This document shows, piece after piece, positions 43,363 through 52,951 of a DNA stretch of 64,000 nucleotides. How positions within the stretch are numbered: the stretch's first letter is position 1; every line of letters begins with the position of its first letter. The DNA lies in contig CAJWHW010000007.1 in the NCBI GenBank assembly GCA_913040915.1, positions 11,239 to 75,238 of the forward strand. Direction: 5' to 3'. The translations under genes were made by a program, and so were the position numbers. The notes below the pieces were generated by a model. That model had not been told where the DNA came from. It saw only the letters and a program-made list of their open reading frames with translations, and did not search any database. The stretch is from an uncultured Fidelibacterota bacterium. Its GTDB lineage: Bacteria > Fidelibacterota > Marinisomatia > Marinisomatales > UBA1611.

Positions 43363-44760
43363 CAAAACTGTTTCAATATGTTGTGTATGAGGAAACATAT
43401 CCACCATGACTGCAACATTTATATTGTACCCTTTTTCTACCAATACTTTTGCATCCCGAGCTTGAGTGGTTGGGTTACAGGACACATAAATAATTTTCTT
43501 AGCTTTTAGCTTTGGCAGGTATTGTAACATATCCGGATGTATGCCAGCACGTGGAGGGTCAACAATAATCACATCCGGCTTTGGGATTCGTTTTGGCAGT
43601 TGGCCCGATTTAAAAAATGTATCCAAATTCGCTTTTAAAAATTTTACATTTTCAATTCCATTTTTTAAAGCATTTCTTTCCGCATCTTCTAACGCCGAAC
43701 GAATCACTTCAAATCCATAGATATTTTTAGCTTCATTGGCCAGGTACAACCCAATCGTTCCCGTACCACAATATAAATCATATACAATTTCTTCGCCTGA
43801 AAGCTTGGCGACTTTCGCTACTTCATCATATAATCTTTGACCCTGTATGGTATTTGTTTGGAAGAATGAATTGGCTGAAATTTCAAATGTCAATTCGCCA
43901 ATTTTCTCTTCTATGGTTGATGAACCATATATAATTGTTTCATACTCACCAAAGGCCACATCTGCTTTTCGAGTGTTTACATTATTTATCATAGATGTGA
44001 TTTCCGGTACTTGGTCCAACAATGCATCCGTTAATGGGGACAATTTATTTAAATCATCATAAGCGGTGACAATATTCACCATGAGCTGATTGGTATTTAT
44101 TCCATAGCGAAGCATTAAAAACCTTAAGAATCCTATGTGAGTTTTAGGATCATATGGCCGTAATTCCGGATTTTTGCGGCAAACGTCTCTGGAAATTTTA
44201 AGTATTTGGTTACCTATTTCAGGCTGGATATGGCAATCATAGATATCCAATATTTTATCATAACGTCCCGGAATATGAAGTCCAACAGCAAAGGATTTAT
44301 CTACATGTTGCGGCTCTGACCCAAGAACCCATCGGTGTGGAGAAAAGGTGAATTCCATTTTATTCCGATAATTGAAAATTGGATTAGCTCCAATGGTTTT
44401 ATCTAACCTAAATCTTTTAAAACCGCCTAATCGGCGAAACGCATCTTCACTCTGAAGTGATTTTTCTTTAAGCTGTACTTCATAGGATAGGTTTTGAATT
44501 TTACACCCTCCGCAAACACTGAAATGTTCACAAGGCACATTTACAGCATCGGGGGAGTCTTGAAGCACTTCTAAAACACGAGCTTCTGCAAAACCTTTTT
44601 TCTTTTTATAGATAAGAGCTTGGACAGTTTGCCCTGGGATGGCACCGTTTACAAAAATGACAAAGTCATCTTTCCTTGCTAGACCCATGCCTCCATAGGC
44701 AAGAGACTCAATCTTTAGTTCTAATTCTAGACCGCGTTTTATTTTTATAAAGTCAGCCAT
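43348..44760 (-). CDS. rlmD: 23S rRNA (uracil-C5) methyltransferase RlmD/RlmCD
   Basis: TRAM domain, CxxxxxCGGC Fe-S motif, SFFQTN, DLYCGTG, VDPPRAG, YVSCNP and DMFPHT. Confidence 0.92.
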   Translation of the reverse strand: MADFIKIKRGLELELKIESLAYGGMGLARKDDFVIFVNGAIPGQTVQALIYKKKKGFAEARVLEVLQDSPDAVNVPCEHFSVCGGCKIQNLSYEVQLKEKSLQSEDAFRRLGGFKRFRLDKTIGANPIFNYRNKMEFTFSPHRWVLGSEPQHVDKSFAVGLHIPGRYDKILDIYDCHIQPEIGNQILKISRDVCRKNPELRPYDPKTHIGFLRFLMLRYGINTNQLMVNIVTAYDDLNKLSPLTDALLDQVPEITSMINNVNTRKADVAFGEYETIIYGSSTIEEKIGELTFEISANSFFQTNTIQGQRLYDEVAKVAKLSGEEIVYDLYCGTGTIGLYLANEAKNIYGFEVIRSALEDAERNALKNGIENVKFLKANLDTFFKSGQLPKRIPKPDVIIVDPPRAGIHPDMLQYLPKLKAKKIIYVSCNPTTQARDAKVLVEKGYNINVAVMVDMFPHTQHIETVLLFSK

Positions 44761-44769
44761 TATAAGGAA

Positions 44770-46071
44770 TTAAATCAATTGTTGGATAACTATTGGGAGC
44801 GGATCCACTTTTGAATCATTTATGCTATATGCTTGCTGTATTAATTCAATGGCATGATTTGCTTGAGTTTCGTTTTTAGCATGGACCATGGCTAAGGGTT
44901 GACCTACTTCAATATAATTACCTAAACCTGATATCTCTGTTAATCCAACAGAGTGATCAATAGTATCACTAGCTTTTTTCCTGCCTCCACCTAAAGAAAC
45001 AACCGCCAGACCAACATCCCGTGTTTGAATATTAGAAATGAACCCTGTTTGAGTTGCTGGGATAGGTTTTATTATATCTGATTGTTTAAATTTTTCTTTA
45101 AGTATATTACCAGAACCGCCTAAAGTCATGACCATTTCTTCAAATTTTTCAGCTGCTTTACCTGAATCTAAAACTCTGGTTATTTCTTTAATGGCTTCTT
45201 TTTTAGATCCGGATAAGCCTGCTATTATTACCATCTCGGCTGACAAAGATAAAACAACTTCATGAAGACGTTTGTCACGTTCTGATCCAGTTAAATAATC
45301 AATCACTTCCTGCACTTCCAATGAATTTCCTACATTAGTTCCCAATGGTTGATTCATATCTGTGATGAGTGCAGTTGTTTTCATTCCAAATTCTTTTCCA
45401 ACATGAATAATATTTTTACCCAGCTCTAAAGCAAAATCTTTTTGATCTGCAAATGCACCATTTCCCATTTTAATATCCATTACAAGTCCATCCAATCCTG
45501 CAGCTATTTTCTTAGATAAAATAGATGCAGTAATTAGGGGTATTGATTCAACAGTGGCTGTTACATCACGTACGCCATATATTATTTTATCTGCAGGTGC
45601 CAGATTGTCTGTTTGTCCAATGATGGCACAACCCACTTTTTTTACAACTTGACGAAAATGATCATTATCAGGTGTAGTATTATATCCAGGTATCGATTCC
45701 AGCTTATCCAATGTACCTCCGGTATGGCCTAAACCCCTTCCAGAAATCATAGGATTATAGATTCCGCATGCAGCAACAATTGGTGCAAGCAACAGGCTTA
45801 TTTTATCACCGACACCACCGGTAGAATGCTTATCAATCACAGGGCCATCTAAGTTATCCCAATTCAGAGTATCACCTGATTTCATCATTTGATCAGTAAG
45901 ATAGAAAGTTTCATCCACTGTCATTCCATTAAATATAACAGCCATGGAAAAAGCAGCAATATGACTTTCATTTACAAGCCCTTCAGCAATTCCTTCAATA
46001 TAATATTGGATTTCTTCCCCACTGAGAGAATGGCCATCTCTTTTTTTTCTGATGATTTCTTGAGGAAGCAT
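44770..46071 (-). CDS. deoA: Thymidine / pyrimidine-nucleoside phosphorylase
   Basis: DKHSTGGVGDK, SGRGLGHTGGTLDKLESIPG, RDVTATV and SILSKK. Confidence 0.92.
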   Translation of the reverse strand: MLPQEIIRKKRDGHSLSGEEIQYYIEGIAEGLVNESHIAAFSMAVIFNGMTVDETFYLTDQMMKSGDTLNWDNLDGPVIDKHSTGGVGDKISLLLAPIVAACGIYNPMISGRGLGHTGGTLDKLESIPGYNTTPDNDHFRQVVKKVGCAIIGQTDNLAPADKIIYGVRDVTATVESIPLITASILSKKIAAGLDGLVMDIKMGNGAFADQKDFALELGKNIIHVGKEFGMKTTALITDMNQPLGTNVGNSLEVQEVIDYLTGSERDKRLHEVVLSLSAEMVIIAGLSGSKKEAIKEITRVLDSGKAAEKFEEMVMTLGGSGNILKEKFKQSDIIKPIPATQTGFISNIQTRDVGLAVVSLGGGRKKASDTIDHSVGLTEISGLGNYIEVGQPLAMVHAKNETQANHAIELIQQAYSINDSKVDPLPIVIQQLI

Positions 46072-46116
46072 TGTTGAACCGGAATTATTTAAAAAAGAAT
46101 ATGTGAAAAATTGGTT

Positions 46117-46926
46117 TTATGAATTTTCATAATTCGAAAGAAATTCCCCCAATAACGATTGGAGATCATGGGCAGCATAGTTTGCATTTCCCATGGTTTG
46201 TTCATGACTTAAAGCAACTTTGCTCATTCCTGCAGCCATGTTTGTTATAATGGAAAGAGCTGCAACCTTTAAACCAAAAAACCTAGCAAGGATCACTTCT
46301 GGGACGGTGGACATGCCTACTACTTGTGCACCTAAATTTTTGGCAACTTTGATTTCTGCAGATGTTTCAAAACTGGGACCGCAAAACCAAATGTAAACAC
46401 CCTCATGCAAAGTAATTCCTTTTGATAGAGCTGCATCACGAAACTGATTACATAACATTGGATCATAAGCATCTACCATATCGACAAATCGCGATGATTC
46501 TGTTTCCTTAAATAATGGTGATACACCAGTAAAATTGATATGGTCGGTTAGTAACATTATGCTTCCTGGTTTGGCTTTATGAACTAAACTTCCTGCTGCA
46601 TTGGTCAAAATAAGTAAATCACAACCTAATTCTTTTAATGTATGGATTGGTGTCCGCATTGCATCTGCATGACCTTTTTCATAATAATGGGCTCGGCCTT
46701 GTAAAATAGCGACCTCTGCTCTATAAACTTTTCCCAGTACTAATTGTCCTACGTGCCCCTGGACTCCAGCATTGGGAAAATCCGGTAAATCATCATATGA
46801 AATAATAGTTTGATCTTCAACAAGATCTACAAAAGAGCCTAATCCTGATCCAAGTACGATTCCAACTCTTGGTTCCTTCCCCGGTGCTCTAGACCGAATG
46901 ATGTCTAAAACAGATTTTACTGACAT
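46117..46926 (-). CDS. Purine-nucleoside phosphorylase (trimeric, PunA/XapA type)
   Basis: GIVLGSGLG, QGRAHYYE, TNAAG, GPSFET and VGMSTVPE. Confidence 0.92.
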   Translation of the reverse strand: MSVKSVLDIIRSRAPGKEPRVGIVLGSGLGSFVDLVEDQTIISYDDLPDFPNAGVQGHVGQLVLGKVYRAEVAILQGRAHYYEKGHADAMRTPIHTLKELGCDLLILTNAAGSLVHKAKPGSIMLLTDHINFTGVSPLFKETESSRFVDMVDAYDPMLCNQFRDAALSKGITLHEGVYIWFCGPSFETSAEIKVAKNLGAQVVGMSTVPEVILARFFGLKVAALSIITNMAAGMSKVALSHEQTMGNANYAAHDLQSLLGEFLSNYENS

Positions 46927-46929
46927 AAA

Positions 46930-47784
46930 TTAAACTCCAATAGGGTGCCAGGTAGTTTTTATTTCCTGTGTTTTCAAAATTTGATACGGATCTTCTTTTT
47001 GCCAATCTTCATTGGAATAAATAATCGCATGCTTCACATTCAATGCTGCATTGGATTCAACCATTTGGATATGAGCTTTATTATCGCCACAGTAAATCAT
47101 TGCATTCACATCCATATGAGAAGAAAAATGTTCTAAGAGTTCATCTCTTTGGCCAGTGAAAATATTTACCACACCACTAGGGAGATCCGAAGTGTGCAGA
47201 ACTTCCGCAAATGAGACTGATGATATTGGCTTGGATTCAGATGCTAGAACCACCATTGTATTTCCCCCAGTGATGATAGGTGCTAAGATAGAAACAAGCC
47301 CCAGTAATGATGTATCATTTGGTGCAAAAGCAGCAACTACACCTGTTGGTTCCGGTATGGTGAAATTAAAATAAGGAAGCGATACAGGATTTACACGACT
47401 AAAAATTTGCTGGTATTTATCCGCCCAACCAGCATAATAAATAAGCCGATCAATAGATTGATCTAATTCTGTTTCAGCCTGTTTTTTGGTACTGCCTTGG
47501 AACATAAGCTCCTCTGTAAATTGATCCCGTCTGCCTTCCAACATTTCAGCTATACGATATAAAATTTGGGAACGGTTAAAGGCTGTTTTTCCTGACCATC
47601 CACCAACAGCCTTCCTTGCAGCTACCATAGCATTCCGAAAATCTTTTCTAGAACCACGGCAAATATTTACCACTGTTCCATCCTTTGGACTTTCCCATTT
47701 TATATATCGACCCGATTCCGTCCTAGGAAATTTTCCATCAATATATAATTTATATGTTTTTTGAATTTTAACTCGTTTACCCAT
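46930..47784 (-). CDS. Short aldehyde-dehydrogenase-fold protein lacking the catalytic domain
   Basis: ALDH NAD-domain motifs (RSQILYRIAEMLE, YYAGWADK, EPTGVV, GGNT, LPSGVVNI) but no ELGGK or catalytic Cys region; intact 284-aa ORF. Confidence 0.85.
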   Translation of the reverse strand: MGKRVKIQKTYKLYIDGKFPRTESGRYIKWESPKDGTVVNICRGSRKDFRNAMVAARKAVGGWSGKTAFNRSQILYRIAEMLEGRRDQFTEELMFQGSTKKQAETELDQSIDRLIYYAGWADKYQQIFSRVNPVSLPYFNFTIPEPTGVVAAFAPNDTSLLGLVSILAPIITGGNTMVVLASESKPISSVSFAEVLHTSDLPSGVVNIFTGQRDELLEHFSSHMDVNAMIYCGDNKAHIQMVESNAALNVKHAIIYSNEDWQKEDPYQILKTQEIKTTWHPIGV

Positions 47785-47793
47785 TCATATGTC

Positions 47794-49242
47794 CTAATTC
47801 AAATCCACATAACCGCGGAGACCTTCTACCCCGCCTTCACTACCAACACCACTTTCCTTATACCCGCCAAATGGCGCACTAGGATCAAATTTATTAAATG
47901 TATTCGCCCAAATAACACCTGCACGAATTTCTTTGGACACTTTGAAAATTTTAGCCCCCTTATCTGTCCAAACACCACCAGAAAGGCCGTAGGGAGTATT
48001 ATTCGCTTTTGCAATCACTTCATCAATAGTTCTGAATGTTTGGATCGCAAGTACAGGACCAAAGATTTCTTCCTGCACAACCCGATTTGATTGACTTACA
48101 TCAGTGAAAATTATCGGAGCGCACCAATAGCCTTTATCTGGCATTTCAGATTTAGACTGATAAATGGTCCCTCCTTCATCTTTTCCCAATTGTACATATT
48201 CATTGATTTTCTCAAGTTGTATTTTTGAATTGATGGCACCGATGTCTGTATTTTTATCTAGGGGATCCCCCACAATAAGCGAATCCATTCGATTTTTCAG
48301 TTTAGAGATAACTTGTTCAGCAATGCCTTCCTGTAAGTAGAGCCGGGACCCGGCGCAACATACATGACCCTGATTAAAAAATATTGAATTAATAATCCCT
48401 TCCACAGCTTGGTCAATGGGAGCATCTTCAAAAATGATATTTGCTGCCTTACCACCCAACTCCAAAGTATATTTTTTTCCAGAGCCAGCCAAAGCTTTCA
48501 TAATATATTTTCCAACTTCTGTACTGCCAGTGAATGCAATTTTATCAATATCGGGGTGATTCACCAATGCCTGTCCTGTCTCAACACCACCGGTAACTAT
48601 ATTAATAACTCCAGGTGGCAGGTTGGCTTCTTGGATGATTTCTGCCAATTTCATAGCGGTAAGGGAAGTTGTTTCAGCTGGTTTTAAAACCAGCGTGTTC
48701 CCAGTTACCAATGCAGGTGCTAATTTCCAGGCCGCCATAAGTAATGGAAAATTCCATGGAATAATTTGACCTACCACACCTAATGGTGTAGGAGAAACAC
48801 CAGGGAAAGCATATTTTAATTTATCTGCCCATCCAGCATAATAAAAAAAGTGCGCAGCAGCAAGGGGTATATCTACATCACGAGACTCCCGAATAGGTTT
48901 CCCTCCATCCATGCATTCAATTACAGAAAACTCCCTAGCTCTTTCTTGAAGTAATCGTGCAATACGGTAAACATATTTTCCTCGTTCCCTTGGTCCCATT
49001 TTTGACCAAGTTTTTTTATAAGCATTTCTCGCTGCAACTACGGCTTTATTTACATCAGAGTCATCGGCTTCAGCAATTTTGGCAATTACTTTTTCGTTAG
49101 CTGGATTAATGGAATCAAAATATTTCTTTTGATAAGCAGGGACAAACTCGCCATTTATAAAAAGGTTGTATTGATTTTTTAATTGAATGTGATCGATGCT
49201 TTCAGGCGCCGGACTGTATTCCCAATTTACTGATTTATTCAT
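47794..49242 (-). CDS. NAD-dependent aldehyde dehydrogenase
   Basis: IPWNFPL, KPAE, FTGSTEVG, catalytic ELGGK and QGHVCCAG, EEIFGP and PFGGYKESG. Confidence 0.95.
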   Translation of the reverse strand: MNKSVNWEYSPAPESIDHIQLKNQYNLFINGEFVPAYQKKYFDSINPANEKVIAKIAEADDSDVNKAVVAARNAYKKTWSKMGPRERGKYVYRIARLLQERAREFSVIECMDGGKPIRESRDVDIPLAAAHFFYYAGWADKLKYAFPGVSPTPLGVVGQIIPWNFPLLMAAWKLAPALVTGNTLVLKPAETTSLTAMKLAEIIQEANLPPGVINIVTGGVETGQALVNHPDIDKIAFTGSTEVGKYIMKALAGSGKKYTLELGGKAANIIFEDAPIDQAVEGIINSIFFNQGHVCCAGSRLYLQEGIAEQVISKLKNRMDSLIVGDPLDKNTDIGAINSKIQLEKINEYVQLGKDEGGTIYQSKSEMPDKGYWCAPIIFTDVSQSNRVVQEEIFGPVLAIQTFRTIDEVIAKANNTPYGLSGGVWTDKGAKIFKVSKEIRAGVIWANTFNKFDPSAPFGGYKESGVGSEGGVEGLRGYVDLN

Positions 49243-49251
49243 AATATTTTT

Positions 49252-50151
49252 TTAATCCAATGAAAAATAATCTTTTGATTGGTAGTACCCTGTATCTTGT
49301 TTTATTATTTGCATAATTACATCATTTGCCAAAGAACTTGCACCAAATCGAAACAAATCTGGCGAAAGCCAATCAGGACCTAAAGTTTCCTTAACCATTA
49401 CCAAATATTGAATGGCTTGTTTTGCAGTGCCAATGCCACCAGCAGGTTTCATGCCAATTCGCTTCCCTGTTTTTATTTGAAAATCTCTAATGGCTTCCAA
49501 CATAGTTAGGACAACAGGCGGTGTGGCTGCAGGCGCAATCTTACCTGTTGATGTTTTAATAAAATCTGCACCTGCTTCCATAGCAATGTCGCTTGCCAAA
49601 CGTACATTATCTAATGTAACCAGTTCTCCAGTTTCTAGTATCACTTTCAGATGCGCACTTCCGCAAGCTTCCTTCACTTTTGTGATTTCTTCAGACACAT
49701 AATTATAATCACCACGGAGAAATCGTCCTCTAGATATTACCATATCAATTTCATTCGCACCTGCATCAACGACAGATCTTACTTCATCCAATTTTGATTC
49801 CAAATCTGCCATCCCGCTTGGAAAAGATGTGGCCACAGAAGCTATATGAATACTAGTCCCTGATAAAGCTTCTTTCGCTATTGGAACCATAGTAGGATAA
49901 ACACAAATAGCTGCAACGCTTGGTAATCCGGGAAACTGATCATAAAGATGAGCTGCTTTGTAGCAAAGTTGTTTTACTTTACCGAGAGAATCTTTCCCTT
50001 CTAAAGTAGTAAGATCAATCATGCTCAAGGTTAATTCCAAAGCTTGAATCTTTGATTCCTTTTTTATGCTTCTTGAAAATAGCCTGACTACCCGTTCCTT
50101 TGTATTCACTTCATCAATTGGATGGGTATATAAATGGTGTTGTGTATTCAT
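49252..50151 (-). CDS. deoC: Deoxyribose-phosphate aldolase
   Basis: IDLTTL, AAICVYP, EIDMVI, KVILETGEL, FIKTSTGK, KPAGGI and RFGASSL. Confidence 0.96.
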   Translation of the reverse strand: MNTQHHLYTHPIDEVNTKERVVRLFSRSIKKESKIQALELTLSMIDLTTLEGKDSLGKVKQLCYKAAHLYDQFPGLPSVAAICVYPTMVPIAKEALSGTSIHIASVATSFPSGMADLESKLDEVRSVVDAGANEIDMVISRGRFLRGDYNYVSEEITKVKEACGSAHLKVILETGELVTLDNVRLASDIAMEAGADFIKTSTGKIAPAATPPVVLTMLEAIRDFQIKTGKRIGMKPAGGIGTAKQAIQYLVMVKETLGPDWLSPDLFRFGASSLANDVIMQIIKQDTGYYQSKDYFSLD

Positions 50152-50209
50152 AAGATTTTGTTATTATAAGGAAATTTAGAGCAAAAATGCCACTTTGAAT
50201 ACATCTTCT

Positions 50210-51547
50210 TTAAATACAAGATCGAATTTGGTTTACGAGCTTGTTTGCTTCTAATTTATTTACCGCTTCTGCATAGATGCGCATGATTGGCTCTGTATTT
50301 GAATTCCGTAAATGAACCCACCGATCTGCCCATGTGAACTTTACACCGTCTAATGTATTTGTATCTGCATCATGAAAAAGAGATTGGACCTTTTGGATTA
50401 AGGTATCCGAATCAATACCATCTAAATCCACTTTATCTTTTACAATTTCAAATTGTGGTAATAACTGATGAATCTTACCGAGCGAATTTTCTGTTTGGGA
50501 CATCCGATTCAAAACCATTGTTGCCCCTACTAACGAATCTCGTCCTAAATGGCATTCTCTAAGGATTACACCACCATTTCCTTCTCCCCCGAGCTCTGAA
50601 CCAATTTCATTCATTTTATTTACTACATTAATTTCTCCTACAGCCGTCCGAGCAACTGAAATATTATTTACTTCAGCCAATTTTTCTAAAGCCAAAGACG
50701 TGGATAAATTCACCACAAATGGGTCTGTTTTATTGGTCTCCTTCATATATCCATCTGCTGCCAATACCAGCGTATATTCTTCCCCCAATGGGTTTCCATT
50801 TTCATCTACCGTGGCCAAGCGATCTGCATCAGGGTCAACAGCAAATCCACACGCTGCACCATATTTAATAACAGCTTGAGATAAATCAGTTAAATTTTCT
50901 GGGAGCGGTTCCGTCCCTCGGGTAAAATTCCCATTAGGCTCACAATTGATTTCTATTACATCGCACCCTAAAGATTCTAACATGGCAGGGAGAGCCTGAG
51001 CTCCAGCACCATTTACCGCATCAATCACAACTTTAAAATGGCGGCGTTGAATTCTGGTTAGCTCAATGCAGGATAAACTGGCACATGCGATCACATGTTT
51101 TTGAATGGCATTTTTTTCAGGCCAGACTATTCCCGGATCATCCGCATTTGGGAGTTCAGTATTCTTATCTACTAATTCAAATAATTTTTCACAATCTTCT
51201 GGGTGGAAAAATGTACTGTCATCTCGAACAAACTTTAACCCATTCCATTCAATTGGGTTATGGCTGGCAGTAACAATAAATCCACCAATAGCTTCCGTAT
51301 TGTGAACCATATATTGAATTGTTGGTGTGGGAACAATATCACAAAAAATAACCGTTCTTCCAAGTCGAGTGAGCTCACTCATCATAGTATGAAGAATATC
51401 ATCTCCTGATGGACGGCTATCACGTCCAGCTATAATAACGCCTGCCGGTAAAAATTGATGGAGCGCTTTTGCATACACAATTGCAGATTCTGGTGTTAAA
51501 TGTGTTTTTGTAAGCCCGCGAACACCAGAGATACTTCTAATTAACAT
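50210..51547 (-). CDS. Alpha-D-phosphohexomutase (GlmM/PMM-like)
   Basis: SISGVRG, TASHNP (phospho-Ser), DPDADR, GEGNGG and SNTEP; substrate not resolvable from motifs. Confidence 0.88.
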   Translation of the reverse strand: MLIRSISGVRGLTKTHLTPESAIVYAKALHQFLPAGVIIAGRDSRPSGDDILHTMMSELTRLGRTVIFCDIVPTPTIQYMVHNTEAIGGFIVTASHNPIEWNGLKFVRDDSTFFHPEDCEKLFELVDKNTELPNADDPGIVWPEKNAIQKHVIACASLSCIELTRIQRRHFKVVIDAVNGAGAQALPAMLESLGCDVIEINCEPNGNFTRGTEPLPENLTDLSQAVIKYGAACGFAVDPDADRLATVDENGNPLGEEYTLVLAADGYMKETNKTDPFVVNLSTSLALEKLAEVNNISVARTAVGEINVVNKMNEIGSELGGEGNGGVILRECHLGRDSLVGATMVLNRMSQTENSLGKIHQLLPQFEIVKDKVDLDGIDSDTLIQKVQSLFHDADTNTLDGVKFTWADRWVHLRNSNTEPIMRIYAEAVNKLEANKLVNQIRSCI

Positions 51548-51726
51548 TTTAATTGATGGTTAAAGTAAGGAGTTGAGAACAAAAAGCTATGGAAGTTATA
51601 GAAATGAATTTAGCAAATAGAAATGATAAATTGATTTTATTTAGATATAAGATTCCATTTTAGAGTTTAAATTAAAATTGGTGAAAAATTTTCCATATTA
51701 TATTGACCTAAGTTCAAGGTATTCAT

Positions 51727-51760
51727 AAAAAGAAAAAAGCCCCGGAAAAACCGAGGCTTT
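51727..51760 (-). terminator. Intrinsic terminator downstream of rpsU
   Basis: Minus-strand RNA AAAGCCUCGG-UUUUU-CCGGGGCUUU (10-bp stem, one G-U pair) followed by UUUCUUUUU. Confidence 0.82.
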
Positions 51761-51781
51761 CATCAATTCCCAAACGGGTGC

Positions 51782-52027
51782 CTACTTGCGTCGCCTGCGA
51801 CGTCGCTGACGGCTGGCACGCGGATCGTTCCGCAATGCTTCTATCCTGGCAAGCCTTTTAATACGACGGGCTGTTTTCTTTCGAGCTTCCCGCTTTGCAT
51901 CACTTGGCTTTTCATAGAAGGATCGAGTCCTAACTTCCCGAAGAATACCTGCTCGCTCCCACATCTTTTTAAATCGACGCAGGGCTCGTTCAAATGATTC
52001 CTTTTCTCTTACCTGGACTTCAACCAC
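51782..52027 (-). CDS. rpsU: 30S ribosomal protein bS21
   Basis: [12 protein letters not shown]...GILREVR.R.FYEKPS; GTG start with a strong SD. Confidence 0.95.
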   Translation of the reverse strand: MVEVQVREKESFERALRRFKKMWERAGILREVRTRSFYEKPSDAKREARKKTARRIKRLARIEALRNDPRASRQRRRRRRK

Positions 52028-52031
52028 TTAA

Positions 52032-52040
52032 ATCACCTCC
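52032..52040 (-). promoter_or_regulatory. Extended Shine-Dalgarno sequence of rpsU
   Basis: GGAGGTGAT, complementary to the canonical 16S tail AUCACCUCC, ending 4 nt before the GTG. Confidence 0.8.
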
Positions 52041-52127
52041 AAAGTGTAGTTTGTGGTTATTTATTACAAAATTTCTCGCTTCAGAAAAGCCGGCGATTTT
52101 ACCGGTATACTGACCATTTTCCAAGAG

Positions 52128-52898
52128 TTAAACCATGGATGCAAATTCTTCAACCGTCAGCGTTTCCGGCCGTCGGGTGAAATCAATTTTATTCTGAATC
52201 TCTTTTGGAATATTCCAACTTTTTAATGTATTTCTTAGCATTTTCCGCCTTTGAGAGAAAGCCGTAGTGACTAATTTATTAAACTTTTTGTATTTTTCAT
52301 CTGGAACTATTGGAGCTTCTTTTTTTGTAAAACGTACAATAGCGGACTCTACTTTTGGTTTGGGAATAAATACATCTGGCGAAATGGAAAAACAATATTT
52401 GACATTTAAGTATGCACCAACCACAACCGAAAGCCTTCCATAAGCTTTTGTCCCGACTTCTGCGGACAAGCGCTCGGCCATTTCTTTTTGCATCATAATA
52501 TGAGCATCAGTCCAAAAATCTAATTGTTCAATAAGCCAAAAAAGAATAGGCGATGTAATATTATATGGTATATTGCCTACCACGCGAACAGGCTCAGAAA
52601 TAGGTAATTCATTGATTTCTTGCAAAAGTACATCACCATGGAGAATATGAAGCCCTTCTAGAACAGATCTGTTTTTTAAATGATCTATTAGCATTGGATC
52701 AATTTCAATAGCAGCTATTTCTTTTACATCAGGTAAAACCCTTTCAGTAAGTGCACCCTCTCCAGGACCAATCTCGAAAATAGAGTCTGTATTTTTTGGG
52801 TTAATTGTTCTGGCAATACGGTCAAGAAGATTATTATCAGTAAGAAAATTCTGACCCCACTTTTTTCTGAAAATATGGCCTGCTTTTTTGATTTTCAT
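52128..52898 (-). CDS. rsmA: 16S rRNA adenine dimethyltransferase RsmA/KsgA
   Basis: WGQNFL, EIGPGEGALT, GNIPYNITS, PKPKVES and FSQRRKMLRN. Confidence 0.96.
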   Translation of the reverse strand: MKIKKAGHIFRKKWGQNFLTDNNLLDRIARTINPKNTDSIFEIGPGEGALTERVLPDVKEIAAIEIDPMLIDHLKNRSVLEGLHILHGDVLLQEINELPISEPVRVVGNIPYNITSPILFWLIEQLDFWTDAHIMMQKEMAERLSAEVGTKAYGRLSVVVGAYLNVKYCFSISPDVFIPKPKVESAIVRFTKKEAPIVPDEKYKKFNKLVTTAFSQRRKMLRNTLKSWNIPKEIQNKIDFTRRPETLTVEEFASMV

Positions 52899-52951
52899 TA
52901 TCTAATTCGAAATATTCAAAATGGAAATAAAAGTACACGTTTTTAGATCAA

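Noticed and set aside
46930..47784. Short ALDH as a truncated pseudogene
   Set aside because: The ORF is intact and tightly spaced, has a clean domain-level deletion and keeps the C-terminal strand, consistent with a functional subunit.
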